Assembly (NCBI GenBank): GCA_002840355.1
Contig: PHAL01000002.1
Location: 39,278 to 103,277 of the forward strand
Length of the DNA stretch: 64,000 nt
Direction of reading: 5' to 3'
Source of the DNA: Elusimicrobia bacterium HGW-Elusimicrobia-3
GTDB taxonomy: Bacteria > Elusimicrobiota > Elusimicrobia > Elusimicrobiales > UBA9959
Position numbers and translations under genes: made by a program
The notes under the pieces: generated by a model
The model's database searches: none
Told to the model about the DNA's origin: nothing
Seen by the model: the letters and a program-made list of their open reading frames with translations, nothing else
In this document: positions 43,732 through 52,863 of the stretch, in pieces
Layout of the letters: each line of letters opens with the position of its first letter
How positions within the stretch are numbered: the stretch's first letter is position 1

Positions 43732-45227
43732 ACGAAACCCCTACCCCTAATTCAGGCATCAACGAAATAGTCGCCAACAACTACGCCAAGATCAAGGCCA
43801 TACGCGAGAAAGGCATAGACCCGTTCCCGCACCGCTTCAAGCCCAGCCACACCATCGCCGAGGCCGCGGCCCTGCAGCCCGAGGCGCAGGTGACCATCGC
43901 CGGCCGCATGATGCTGATGCGCGTGATGGGCAAGGCCACCTTCGCGCACCTCAAGGACGGCACCGGCCGGCTGCAGATCTACGTCAAGCGCGACTCGGTG
44001 GGCGAGGAAGCCTACGAGATCTTCAAGAAGCAGATGCACGTGGGCGACTTCCTCGGCGTGGAAGGCAAGCTCTTCCTGACCAAGACCGGCGAGCTGACCG
44101 TGGACGCCGCCAAGATCACCGTGCTCTCCAAGAGCGTCCGCCCGCTGCCCGAGAAGTTCCACGGCCTGACCGATTCCGAGACCCGCTACCGCGACCGCTA
44201 CCTGGACCTGCTCACCAACGACGACGTGCGCGCCCTGTTCGTGAAACGCTCGCAGATCGTGGCCGCGCTGCGCGAGGTGCTTAACGGCGAGGGCATGCTG
44301 GAGGTGGAGACCCCGGTGCTCTGCTCGCAGGCCGGCGGCGCCTCCGCCCGCCCGTTCATCACTTTCCACAACGCCTACAAGAACGAGCTGTACATGCGCA
44401 TCGCCCTCGAGCTGCCGCTCAAGAAGCTGCTGATCGGCGGTTTCCAGGGCGCCTACGAGATAGGCCGCGTGTTCCGCAACGAGGGCGTGGATACCCGCCA
44501 CAACCCGGAGTTCACCATGGTGGAGGCCTACAAGGCCTACTCCGACTACCACGGCATGGCCGAGCTGGTGGAGAAGCTGTTCGAGCGCTTCATCCAGGTC
44601 ATAGGCTCCGAGACCGTGGACTACAACGGCGTGAAGATCAACCTCAAGCCCCCGTTCAAGCGCCTGAGCCTGCCCGACGAGTGGCTGGCCAAGACCGGCG
44701 AGGATATACACAATATCCTCGACGGCAAACGCTTCAACCGCCCGAACCTGGTGACGCTGGCGAAAAAGCTGCACATCGAGTGCGGCCCCGACACCACCTC
44801 GGCCAAGATCTTCGACCGCATCATGGACGAGAAGATCCTGGCGGACCTGCAGCAGCCGACTTTCGTCTTCGACCACCCGACCGCGATCACCCCGCTGGCC
44901 AAGTGCAAGCCCGGGGACGAGTGCCTGGTGGAGCGCTTCGAGTTCTTCGCGGGCACCGAGGAGATCGCCAACGCCTACACCGAGCTCAACGATCCCGAGG
45001 ACCAGAAGAGCCGCCTGGTGGAGCAGCTCCGCCAGCAGCAGGAGGAGAACAACGGCGAGGCCGACATCCTCGACAAGGATTTCATCGTGGCGATGGAGTA
45101 CGGCATGCCCCCGATGGGCGGCATAGGCATAGGCATAGACCGCGTCACCATGCTGCTGACCGGCAAGCCGTCCATCCGCGAAGTGGTGCTGTTCCCGCTG
45201 CTCCGCCCCGACCAGGCCAACGGCTAA
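43728..45227 (+). CDS. lysS: Lysine--tRNA ligase (class II)
   Basis: OB-fold anticodon-binding N-domain and class II motifs (YMRIALELPLKKL, FRNEG, GGIGIGIDRV). Confidence 0.95.
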
Positions 45228-45249
45228 AGGGCCCGGCCCGGGCAGGGGT

Positions 45250-45367
45250 TCTGCCGGGGCCGGAACGCAAAACGCGCTCGCGCACACCGTGCGCTCGCTC
45301 ATCAATCGGGCTCGGCGCTACGCAAGCCTCGCCCTCATGAAGGTTTTGCTAACCCGACCCCGGCAGA
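45250..45367 (-). repeat. Structured intergenic repeat, copy B (inverted relative to copy A; between lysS and lolC/E)
   Basis: Core 45262-45355 is the reverse complement of a homolog of 32866-32963. Shared blocks are GGGTTAGCAAAACC, GCTTGC(A/G)TAGCGC, CACGGTGTGCG and GTTTTGCGTTCC. The outer stem here is TCTGCCGGGG (45250-59) with CCCCGGCAGA (45358-67). Confidence 0.75.
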
Positions 45368-45386
45368 GCCCGGATAGTCTTTAAAC

Positions 45387-46616
45387 ATGTCCACCGAATT
45401 CTTTATAGCGCGACGGTATCTGCTCGCCAAGAGGAAGGGCCTCTTCGCGATGATCACCACCTTTATCGGCGTGGCCGGCGTCGCCCTCGGCGTGGCCGCG
45501 CTGATAGTCACGCTGGCCATCATGGACGGCTTCCAGACCGACATCAAGGGCAAGATCATAGACGCGCAGGCGCATATCACCATCTACGGCCGCATGCAGC
45601 CCCGCGACCTCGAGACCGTGCGCGCCGTGCTCGAGCGCGACGGTCGCCTGGCCGCCGAGTCGCCCTTCGTGCTCGGCCAGGGCATCCTCACTTTCGACGG
45701 CCGCTCCGTGGGGGCCGTGGTGAAGGGCTTCGAACCCGCCGCCGAGGCCGGCGTGAACAACCTCTCCAAGTCGCTCGTGCGCGGCTCCTGGGCCGAACTC
45801 TCCAACCCCGCCCCCGGCGCCCCGCCGGCCCTGGTGCTGGGCGAGGAGCTGGCCAAGAGCCTGGGCGCCTGGCCCGGCGACGAGATAGTGCTGGTGTCCC
45901 CGCAGGGCGCCGCCACCGCCGGGGCCGGCCTGCTGCCCAAGATGAAGAAGTTCCGCGTCGTGGGCCTGGTGCGCACCGGCTATTTCGAATTCGACAATAC
46001 CATGGCCTATTGCTCGCGCGCCGCGGCCGGGAACTTTTTCGGTTTTCCCGGCGGGGCCAACGGCGTGGGCGTGCGCTTGAAGGACATCGACGACGCCCCC
46101 GCGGCGGCCGCCGGCCTGCGCAAGACGCTGGGTTTCGCTTTCAACATCAAGACCTACGCCGACATGAACCAGACCCTCTTCGCCGCGCTGAAGCTGGAGA
46201 AGTTCGTGATGTCGCTGGTGCTGGCCCTGATCATCCTGGTCGCCACGTTCAACATCGCCTCCAATTTGCTCATGATGAGCGTCGAGAAACTGCGCGACAT
46301 CGGCATCCTGCGCGCCATGGGCGCCGGGCCCGCCTTCATCCGCCGCGTCTTCTTCTGGGAGGGCAACCTGATCGCCCTGACCGGCATCACCATCGGCGTG
46401 CTGCTGGGCGTCGGCATCTCCGTCTTCCTCGCCGTCTACCCCGTGCTGGAGCTGCCCTCGGACATCTACTACATCACCAAGGTCCCGGTGGACCTCAAGC
46501 TTTCCAACATCCTGGCCACCGCCGCCGTCAGCTACCTCTTGTGCATGCTCAGCGCCGTCTACCCCGCCTTGAGGGCCTCCCGGGTCAGTCCCGTGGACGC
46601 GATACGCTATGGATAA
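45387..46616 (+). CDS. Lipoprotein-release permease LolC/LolE family
   Basis: MacB/FtsX-type 4-TM layout with a periplasmic domain. Start FIARRYL and ending PVDAIRYG. lolD follows. Confidence 0.85.
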   Translation: MSTEFFIARRYLLAKRKGLFAMITTFIGVAGVALGVAALIVTLAIMDGFQTDIKGKIIDAQAHITIYGRMQPRDLETVRAVLERDGRLAAESPFVLGQGILTFDGRSVGAVVKGFEPAAEAGVNNLSKSLVRGSWAELSNPAPGAPPALVLGEELAKSLGAWPGDEIVLVSPQGAATAGAGLLPKMKKFRVVGLVRTGYFEFDNTMAYCSRAAAGNFFGFPGGANGVGVRLKDIDDAPAAAAGLRKTLGFAFNIKTYADMNQTLFAALKLEKFVMSLVLALIILVATFNIASNLLMMSVEKLRDIGILRAMGAGPAFIRRVFFWEGNLIALTGITIGVLLGVGISVFLAVYPVLELPSDIYYITKVPVDLKLSNILATAAVSYLLCMLSAVYPALRASRVSPVDAIRYG

Positions 46617-47274
46617 GGTCGTAGAGATCAGCGCGCTGACCAAGGCCTATACCTCCGGGCACGAGCAGATCCTCGTGCTCGAAGGGCTGGATTTCCACAT
46701 CAACAAGGGCGAGTTCGTCTCCATCGTGGGCCCGTCCGGCTCCGGCAAGTCCACCTTCCTCAATATCGTCGGCCTGCTGGACGACGTGTACAGCGGCGAG
46801 GTGCGGCTCTTCGGCCGCAAGCTCGAGGACCTCGACGAGGCCCAGAAGGCGGTGCTGCGCCTGCGCAACATCGGTTTCGTCTTCCAGTTCGACTCGCTGC
46901 TGCCCGAATTCACCGTGCTCGAGAACATAGAGATGCCGGCCCGAGTGCTGGGCGAGGATGGCCCCGGCAAGGGCCTGGAACTGCTGGCGCGCTTCGGCCT
47001 CGAGGAGATCGCTCACAAGTTCCCGATGGAGATCTCCGGCGGCGAAAAACAGCGCTCCGCCATGCTGCGCGCGCTGCGCAACGGCCCCGCCCTGCTCATC
47101 GCCGACGAGCCCACCGGCAACCTGGACCGCCACAATTCCGGCGTGATCCTCGACGACCTGCGGCGCGCCGCCGGCCTGGGCTCGGCCGTGCTGATGGTCA
47201 CGCACAACGAGGAAGCCGCCCGCCGCGCCGACCGGGTGCTGCACATGCAGGGGGGGAAGCTGAATGCTGTGTGA
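46609..47274 (+). CDS. lolD: Lipoprotein-release ATPase LolD
   Basis: Walker [10 protein letters not shown], signature ISGGEKQR, Walker B LLIADEPT. Confidence 0.9.
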   Translation: MDKVVEISALTKAYTSGHEQILVLEGLDFHINKGEFVSIVGPSGSGKSTFLNIVGLLDDVYSGEVRLFGRKLEDLDEAQKAVLRLRNIGFVFQFDSLLPEFTVLENIEMPARVLGEDGPGKGLELLARFGLEEIAHKFPMEISGGEKQRSAMLRALRNGPALLIADEPTGNLDRHNSGVILDDLRRAAGLGSAVLMVTHNEEAARRADRVLHMQGGKLNAV

Positions 47275-47779
47275 GGAATGCCGCAAGCAGAACGCCGCCG
47301 TCTTCCTGAAGCTGGCCGTCAACAACAAGGTCAAGGAGCTGCACCTGTGCCCGGCCTGCGCCGCCAAGAAGGGCATGAGCTTCGGCCTGGAGTCGGGCGC
47401 GTTCAATATCTCCGACATCGTCGGCAATATGAGCGGTTATTTCAAGGATTTCCTGCCGCCCGAGCGCAAGACGCTGCGCTGCGGCGCCTGCGGCCTGAAG
47501 TACTCGGAGTTCAAGGAATCGGGCCGGCTGGGCTGCCCCGACTGCTACGCCGGCTTCGAGCCGCAGCTGACCGAGCTGATGGCCCGCATCCACGGCTCGG
47601 CGCTGCATACCGGCCGCGCCTACGCCGACGCCCCCGAGCTGAAGCTTTCCAAGGCGGAGACCGCCCGCCGCCTGGCCGAGCTGCGCGCCGAGCTCAGGGA
47701 CGCCGTGACCCGCGAGGATTTCGAGGGCGCGGCCAGGCTGCGCGACGCGCTCAAGCGGCTGGAGGGGCGCCGTGGCTGA
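47264..47779 (+). CDS. mcsA: McsA-like protein (CxxC zinc fingers plus UVR motif)
   Basis: CEEC..CPAC and CGAC..CPDC pairs, and a C-terminal UVR-like REDFEGAARLRDAL. It overlaps the mcsB start. Confidence 0.8.
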   Translation: MLCEECRKQNAAVFLKLAVNNKVKELHLCPACAAKKGMSFGLESGAFNISDIVGNMSGYFKDFLPPERKTLRCGACGLKYSEFKESGRLGCPDCYAGFEPQLTELMARIHGSALHTGRAYADAPELKLSKAETARRLAELRAELRDAVTREDFEGAARLRDALKRLEGRRG

Positions 47780-48824
47780 GATGATAAAGTCCTTCCGCCC
47801 CTACGTCACCTGGGCCAACGCCCGCGGCGCCTGGCCGGACATGATCTTCTCCACGCGCGTGCGTTTCGCCCGCAACCTGGTCGGTTTTCCTTTCCCCAAC
47901 CGCGCCGAGCCGCGCCAGCTCGCCGAGATCCGCCGCCAGGCCATGGCCGCCGCGCGCGACAGCGGCCTCTTTGCCCGAGGCCATTTCCTGAAGCTGGAGG
48001 CGCTCGGGCCGCTGGACAAGCGCTTCCTGGTGGAGCGCCACCACGTCTCGCACGCCCTGGCCGCCACCGTGCTGGCCGCCGGCGCCGCAGTCTCCAACGA
48101 CGAGGACCTCTCGGTGATGGTCAACGAGGAGGACCACCTGCGGCTGCAGTGCCTGCACTCCGGCTTCGCCATCGAGGGGGCTTTTAAAGCCGCGCTGAAG
48201 CTCGACGAGGCGCTCGGGCGGGCCCTGCCTTTCGCCTACGGCTCACGCTTCGGTTTCCTGACCGCCTGCCCCACCAATACCGGCACCGGCATGCGCGTCT
48301 CCTGCCTGGCCCATTTGCCCGCGCTCACGCGCCTGGGCCAGATGCCGCAGGTGCTCGAAAGCCTCTCGCACCTGGGCGTAACGGCCCGCGGCATCTACGG
48401 CGAGGGCACCATGGTGCTGGGCGACTTCTACCAGATCTCCAACGCCACCTGCCTGGGCCGTACCGAAGAGGAATTCTGCCAGAACATAGACCGCGTGATC
48501 CGCAACCTCATCCGCCAGGAGATAGCCGCCCGCGAGGCGCTGCTCAAGAGCCCGCTGAAGCTGCGCACCGAGGACGCGGTGTACCGCGCGCTCGGCCTGC
48601 TCAGGCACGCCCGCACCCTGTCCTACGAGGAGTTCATGCAGAACGTCTCGCTCGTGCGCATGGGGGCCGCGATGGGCTGGAACATGGGCCACGATTTCAG
48701 CACGTTCAACCAGGTCACCCTGCTCATGCAGCCCGCCCATATACAGGCCGCCGCCGGGCGCGAACTGGACCCGGCGGAGCGCGACGCTTTCCGGGCCGAA
48801 CTCCTGCGCAAGAAACTCGCCTAG
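47772..48824 (+). CDS. mcsB: Protein-arginine kinase McsB (ATP:guanidino phosphotransferase)
   Basis: NEEDHLR and CPTNTGTGMR motifs of guanidino kinases. Confidence 0.9.
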   Translation: MAEMIKSFRPYVTWANARGAWPDMIFSTRVRFARNLVGFPFPNRAEPRQLAEIRRQAMAAARDSGLFARGHFLKLEALGPLDKRFLVERHHVSHALAATVLAAGAAVSNDEDLSVMVNEEDHLRLQCLHSGFAIEGAFKAALKLDEALGRALPFAYGSRFGFLTACPTNTGTGMRVSCLAHLPALTRLGQMPQVLESLSHLGVTARGIYGEGTMVLGDFYQISNATCLGRTEEEFCQNIDRVIRNLIRQEIAAREALLKSPLKLRTEDAVYRALGLLRHARTLSYEEFMQNVSLVRMGAAMGWNMGHDFSTFNQVTLLMQPAHIQAAAGRELDPAERDAFRAELLRKKLA

Positions 48825-48851
48825 GCCCGGCCGGTCCGCCCCGTTGGGCCC

Positions 48852-48879
48852 TTGACAGGGCCCATTAATCTGCTAAAAA
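48852..48879 (+). promoter_or_regulatory. Putative promoter immediately upstream of the amylase GTG start
   Basis: TTGACA (48852-57), 16-nt spacer, TAAAAA with TG at -15/-14 (TCTGCTAAAAA). The GTG start is at 48886. Confidence 0.4.
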
Positions 48880-48885
48880 ATAAGT

Positions 48886-50136
48886 GTGCGAAAGATAGCC
48901 TTCGCGGCCGTACTCTTTTTGTCCGTCCTGCCCACGCGGCCGGAGGGGCTCCTTTTTGCCGCCCCCGCCGGGGACGCTACCGTCATGATGCAGGGCTTTC
49001 ACTGGACTTCCTGGAAAAAGTCCCCCTGGTGGGGGGAAATCAAATACCGCGCCGGGGAACTGTCGGCGGCGGGCATAGACCTGGTGTGGCTGCCGCCGCC
49101 TTCCGATTCGCTGGCCCCCGAGGGCTACATGCCCCGGCGGCTGGAAGTGCTGGACTCCGGCTACGGCACCGCCGCGCAGCTCTCGGCCGCCGTGCGGGCG
49201 CTGCACGGCGCCGGCATACGGGTGATAGCAGATATCGTGGTCAATCACCGCGTGGGCGTGGAGGACTGGGCGGATTTCGCGGCCCCGGCCTGGGGACCGG
49301 ACTCGGTCTGTTCCGACGACGAATGGGGCCAGGGCCAGGGCGCGCGGGACACGGGCAAGGGCTTTCACGCCGCCCGCGACATCGACCATACCAAGGCTTA
49401 CGTGCGCGATTCCGTGACCAGGTGGCTGACCTCCCTGCGCGATAACCCCGGCTTCGACGGCTGGCGCTACGATTACGCCCGCGGCTTCTCGCCGGCCTAC
49501 ATGCTGGCCTATAACCGGGCCAGCGGCGCCGCCTTCTCGGTGGCCGAGATCTGGGACGACTTCGACCCGGCCCGCCCCGACGCGCACCGCCAGGCTTCCT
49601 GCGACTGGATGGACGCCGTCAACGGCGAGATCAAGGTGTTCGATTTTACCACGAAGGGCCTGCTGCAGCAGGCCATGCTGTCCGGCGAGTACTGGCGCCT
49701 GGCCGACACCGCCGGGCGGCCCGCCGGCCTGCTGGGCTGGTGGCCCGCCAACGCCGTCACTTTCATAGACAACCACGATACCGGCCCCAGCCCCGGCGGC
49801 AAAATCCAGGAGAAGGGCTGGCCCTTCCCGTCCGACCGCGTGCTGGCCGGCTACGCCTATATCCTCACCCATCCCGGCATTCCCTGCGTCTACTGGCCGC
49901 ACTTCTTCGACTGGGGGCTGAAAGCGCAGATCACCGGGCTGATAAAAATCCGCTCCGCCGCGGGCGTGACGGCCTCCAGCTCCGTGAATATAGTACGGGC
50001 CGAGCGCGGGCTGTACGCCGCCTACGTGGACGGCGCGCTGGCGGTCAAACTGGGGGAGAACCCGTGGAGCCCGGGCCCGGGCTGGACCAAGGCCGCCGAA
50101 GGCGCCGGCTACGCGGTCTGGACGCGGCAAAAGTAG
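48886..50136 (+). CDS. Secreted alpha-amylase (GH13)
   Basis: Signal peptide. GH13 regions DIVVNH, GWRYDYARG, AEIWD and FIDNHD. Confidence 0.85.
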   Translation: MRKIAFAAVLFLSVLPTRPEGLLFAAPAGDATVMMQGFHWTSWKKSPWWGEIKYRAGELSAAGIDLVWLPPPSDSLAPEGYMPRRLEVLDSGYGTAAQLSAAVRALHGAGIRVIADIVVNHRVGVEDWADFAAPAWGPDSVCSDDEWGQGQGARDTGKGFHAARDIDHTKAYVRDSVTRWLTSLRDNPGFDGWRYDYARGFSPAYMLAYNRASGAAFSVAEIWDDFDPARPDAHRQASCDWMDAVNGEIKVFDFTTKGLLQQAMLSGEYWRLADTAGRPAGLLGWWPANAVTFIDNHDTGPSPGGKIQEKGWPFPSDRVLAGYAYILTHPGIPCVYWPHFFDWGLKAQITGLIKIRSAAGVTASSSVNIVRAERGLYAAYVDGALAVKLGENPWSPGPGWTKAAEGAGYAVWTRQK

Positions 50137-50168
50137 GCGGGCGGAACGGAGGGCGAGAGCAGGCAGCG

Positions 50169-50195
50169 GGCCGCGGCAGCGCGGCCTTTTTCTTT
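50169..50195 (+). terminator. Intrinsic terminator after the amylase gene
   Basis: GGCCGCG-GCAG-CGCGGCC followed by TTTTTCTTTT. Confidence 0.7.
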
Positions 50196-50251
50196 TAGCA
50201 GCCCGCCCCCGCTTTCTTGCTTTCCCCCGCTATATATAATTAAATATCACC

Positions 50252-51049
50252 ATGTACCAGAAGCACTGGAACCTGAAAAAACTTCCTTTCGAAAATACCC
50301 CCGACACCGAATTCTTCTTCGAGTCGGAGGCGCATGAAGAGGCGTTCTCCAGGCTCGCTTACGTCATAGAGGAGCGCAAGGCCTGCGGCGTCATCACCGG
50401 CGCCTATGGCACCGGCAAGACGCTCATCCTCAAGGCCCTGGAGCGGGAGTTCAAGAAGAAGGGCGTGGTGTTCTCGTCGGTGCAGAACCCGCGCCTGGAC
50501 GACCTCGGCCTGCTCAAGATCATCCTTCACAATTTCACCGGCTATAACGTGCCCAAGGCCAAGGAAGACGTGCTGATGGGCATAGAGCGCTTCCTGCGCG
50601 ACACCATGCAGGACGGCAAGCACGTGGTCATCGCCGTGGACGAGGCCCAGCTGATAAACGACGAGAGCGTCTTCGAGGAGCTGCGCCTGCTGCTCAATTT
50701 TCAGACCGAAACGCGCTTCCTGCTGACGCTGCTGCTCAGCGGCCAGCCCGAGCTCAGGGAGAAACTGGATTCCAACAAGCAGTTCAGCCAGCGCATCACG
50801 CTGAGCTACCACCTCAAGCCCCTGGATTTCGAAGAGACGCGCAACTACGTGCTGCACCGGCTGGAAGTGGCCGGCCTGACCGAGAATATTTTCGACGAGA
50901 AGGCCCTGGAGCTGCTCTACGAGCGCTCGGGCGGCATACCGCGCTGGATCAACAATATCGCCAACATGAGCATGCTGGCGGCCTACTCCTCCGGCGCGCG
51001 GCGCATCACCGCCGAGCTGGTGGTCGAAGGCGCGGAGAGCGGCCGCTAG
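50252..51049 (+). CDS. ExeA/GspA-like AAA ATPase
   Basis: PFENTPDTEFFF N-terminus, Walker A GAYGTGKT, Walker B VIAVDEAQ. Confidence 0.75.
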   Translation: MYQKHWNLKKLPFENTPDTEFFFESEAHEEAFSRLAYVIEERKACGVITGAYGTGKTLILKALEREFKKKGVVFSSVQNPRLDDLGLLKIILHNFTGYNVPKAKEDVLMGIERFLRDTMQDGKHVVIAVDEAQLINDESVFEELRLLLNFQTETRFLLTLLLSGQPELREKLDSNKQFSQRITLSYHLKPLDFEETRNYVLHRLEVAGLTENIFDEKALELLYERSGGIPRWINNIANMSMLAAYSSGARRITAELVVEGAESGR

Positions 51050-51059
51050 CCGCGTACAT

Positions 51060-51686
51060 ATGAAAATACTGGGCATAGGACCGCACCCCGACGACCTGGA
51101 ATTCGGCTGCGGCGGCGCTTTTCTGAAAATGGCCGCCGAGGGCCACGAGATCAGCCTGCTCGTGATGACCAAGGGCTCCGTGGGCGGGGATCCCCGCGTG
51201 CGGCTGGCCGAGCAGGAGCGGTCCGCCGCCATGCTGAAGGCGAAACTTTACTGGGGCGGCTTCGAGGACACCGGCGTGACGTTGACGCGGGAGCTGATCC
51301 GCGCCGCGGAGAAGGCCATCGAGGCGGTGAAGCCGGACCTCGTTTTCGTGAATTACGGGGCGGACACCCACCAGGACCACCGCAGCGTCTCGCAGGCGGT
51401 GGAGACCGCCGCCCGCTACGTCAAGAACCTCGTCTTCTACGAGGTGCCCACCACCATGGATTTCAACCCCGGCGTCTTCGTGGACATCGGCGGGGTGATC
51501 AGCCGCAAGGTGGCGCTGCTCAAGTGCCACCGCTCGCAGGTGTTCAAGACCAGGGTAAAGAACCTCTCCATCGTGGAGAGCGCCAAGGCCGCCGCCATGT
51601 TCCGCGGCTACCAGGACAGGGTGAAGTACGCCGAGGGCTTTATCCCGCGGCGCCTGCTGCTGGATTACCTGATCGGCCGCAAATGA
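51060..51686 (+). CDS. PIG-L/LmbE-family deacetylase
   Basis: ILGIGPHPDDLEFGCGG and HQDH motifs. Confidence 0.8.
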   Translation: MKILGIGPHPDDLEFGCGGAFLKMAAEGHEISLLVMTKGSVGGDPRVRLAEQERSAAMLKAKLYWGGFEDTGVTLTRELIRAAEKAIEAVKPDLVFVNYGADTHQDHRSVSQAVETAARYVKNLVFYEVPTTMDFNPGVFVDIGGVISRKVALLKCHRSQVFKTRVKNLSIVESAKAAAMFRGYQDRVKYAEGFIPRRLLLDYLIGRK

Positions 51687-51720
51687 GCCTCACGGTCATG
51701 GTAAAGAAGGAGCTGCCCTC

Positions 51721-52863
51721 GTGACGATAAATCGCCAGGGCGGCTTCTTCTCTTTGGCCGTGCTGGTGGCGCTGCTGGCGCTGCTGCCGCCCGGCGGCTT
51801 CTCGGCCTGGACCTGGACCGAGGGACTGCGCTGGTCCTATCTTTTCCTGATCTCGATGTCGGCCGTCTTCCTGCTGGCCCCGGCCAGCGCCTGGCTGGCC
51901 GCGCGCATAGGCGCCATCGATTACCCTTCGGAGCGCAAGGTGCACGCCGAGCCGGTGCCCCGCATAGGCGGCCTGGCGGTGTACCTGGCCTTCATGGCCG
52001 CGCTGCTGCGCAACCAGCAGTTCTCCCGCGAGATCTACGGGATAATGATAGGCGGCACCATCATCTTCGTCCTCGGCTTCTTGGACGACTGGAAGGGATT
52101 GTCCGCCCGCACCCGCCTGTTCTGGCAGACGGTGGCCGCCCTGACGGTGACCTTCTTCGGGCTGCACCTGAGCTTCACGCTGAAGATGCCGCTGGGGCAG
52201 GCGCTCTCCGCCGCGCTCTCCGTGATCTGGCTGGTGGGGATCGTCAACGCTTTCAATTTCATGGACGGCATAGACGGCCTCGCCTCGGCCATGGGCGCCG
52301 TCTGCGCGCTGCTCTTCCTGGGCATAGGGTGGAACTCCAGCCAGTACCCGCTGGCCTTCGTCTCGGCCGCGCTGGCCGGGGCCTGCGCCGGCTTCCTGCG
52401 CATGAACTGGCAGCCGGCCCGGATCTTCCTGGGCGACTCCGGCTCCACTTTCATCGGCTTCATCCTGGGCTGCCTGGCGCTGTACGGCAGCTGGGCCACC
52501 GACAACCCCGCGGTGGCCTTCTCTACGCCGCTGCTGGTGCTGGGCATACCGATCTTCGACATCATCTACACCACCGTGTCGCGCATCCGCAACGGCAGCG
52601 TGCGCAGCGTGCACGAGTGGCTGGAGTACGCTGGCAAGGACCATTTCCACCACCGGCTGATGAAGCTGGGGCTCGGCGTGCCGCAGACCGTCGGGTTCAT
52701 AGTGCTGCTCAATATCTGCCTGGGCCTGGGGGCCTGGACGATACGGCATACCGCCTCCACGGCGGGCACCTGGCTGCTGCTGGCGCAGAGCGTGCTGATC
52801 TTTTTGATAGTCGTCGTGCTGATGCTGCTGGGCAGGGAGATCACCACCGGGGAGAGCTCATGA
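51721..52863 (+). CDS. Polyprenyl-phosphate sugar-1-phosphate transferase (MraY/WecA family, GT4)
   Basis: Polytopic membrane protein with NAFNFMDGIDGL and DSGSTFIGF motifs. GTG start. Confidence 0.85.
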   Translation: MTINRQGGFFSLAVLVALLALLPPGGFSAWTWTEGLRWSYLFLISMSAVFLLAPASAWLAARIGAIDYPSERKVHAEPVPRIGGLAVYLAFMAALLRNQQFSREIYGIMIGGTIIFVLGFLDDWKGLSARTRLFWQTVAALTVTFFGLHLSFTLKMPLGQALSAALSVIWLVGIVNAFNFMDGIDGLASAMGAVCALLFLGIGWNSSQYPLAFVSAALAGACAGFLRMNWQPARIFLGDSGSTFIGFILGCLALYGSWATDNPAVAFSTPLLVLGIPIFDIIYTTVSRIRNGSVRSVHEWLEYAGKDHFHHRLMKLGLGVPQTVGFIVLLNICLGLGAWTIRHTASTAGTWLLLAQSVLIFLIVVVLMLLGREITTGESS

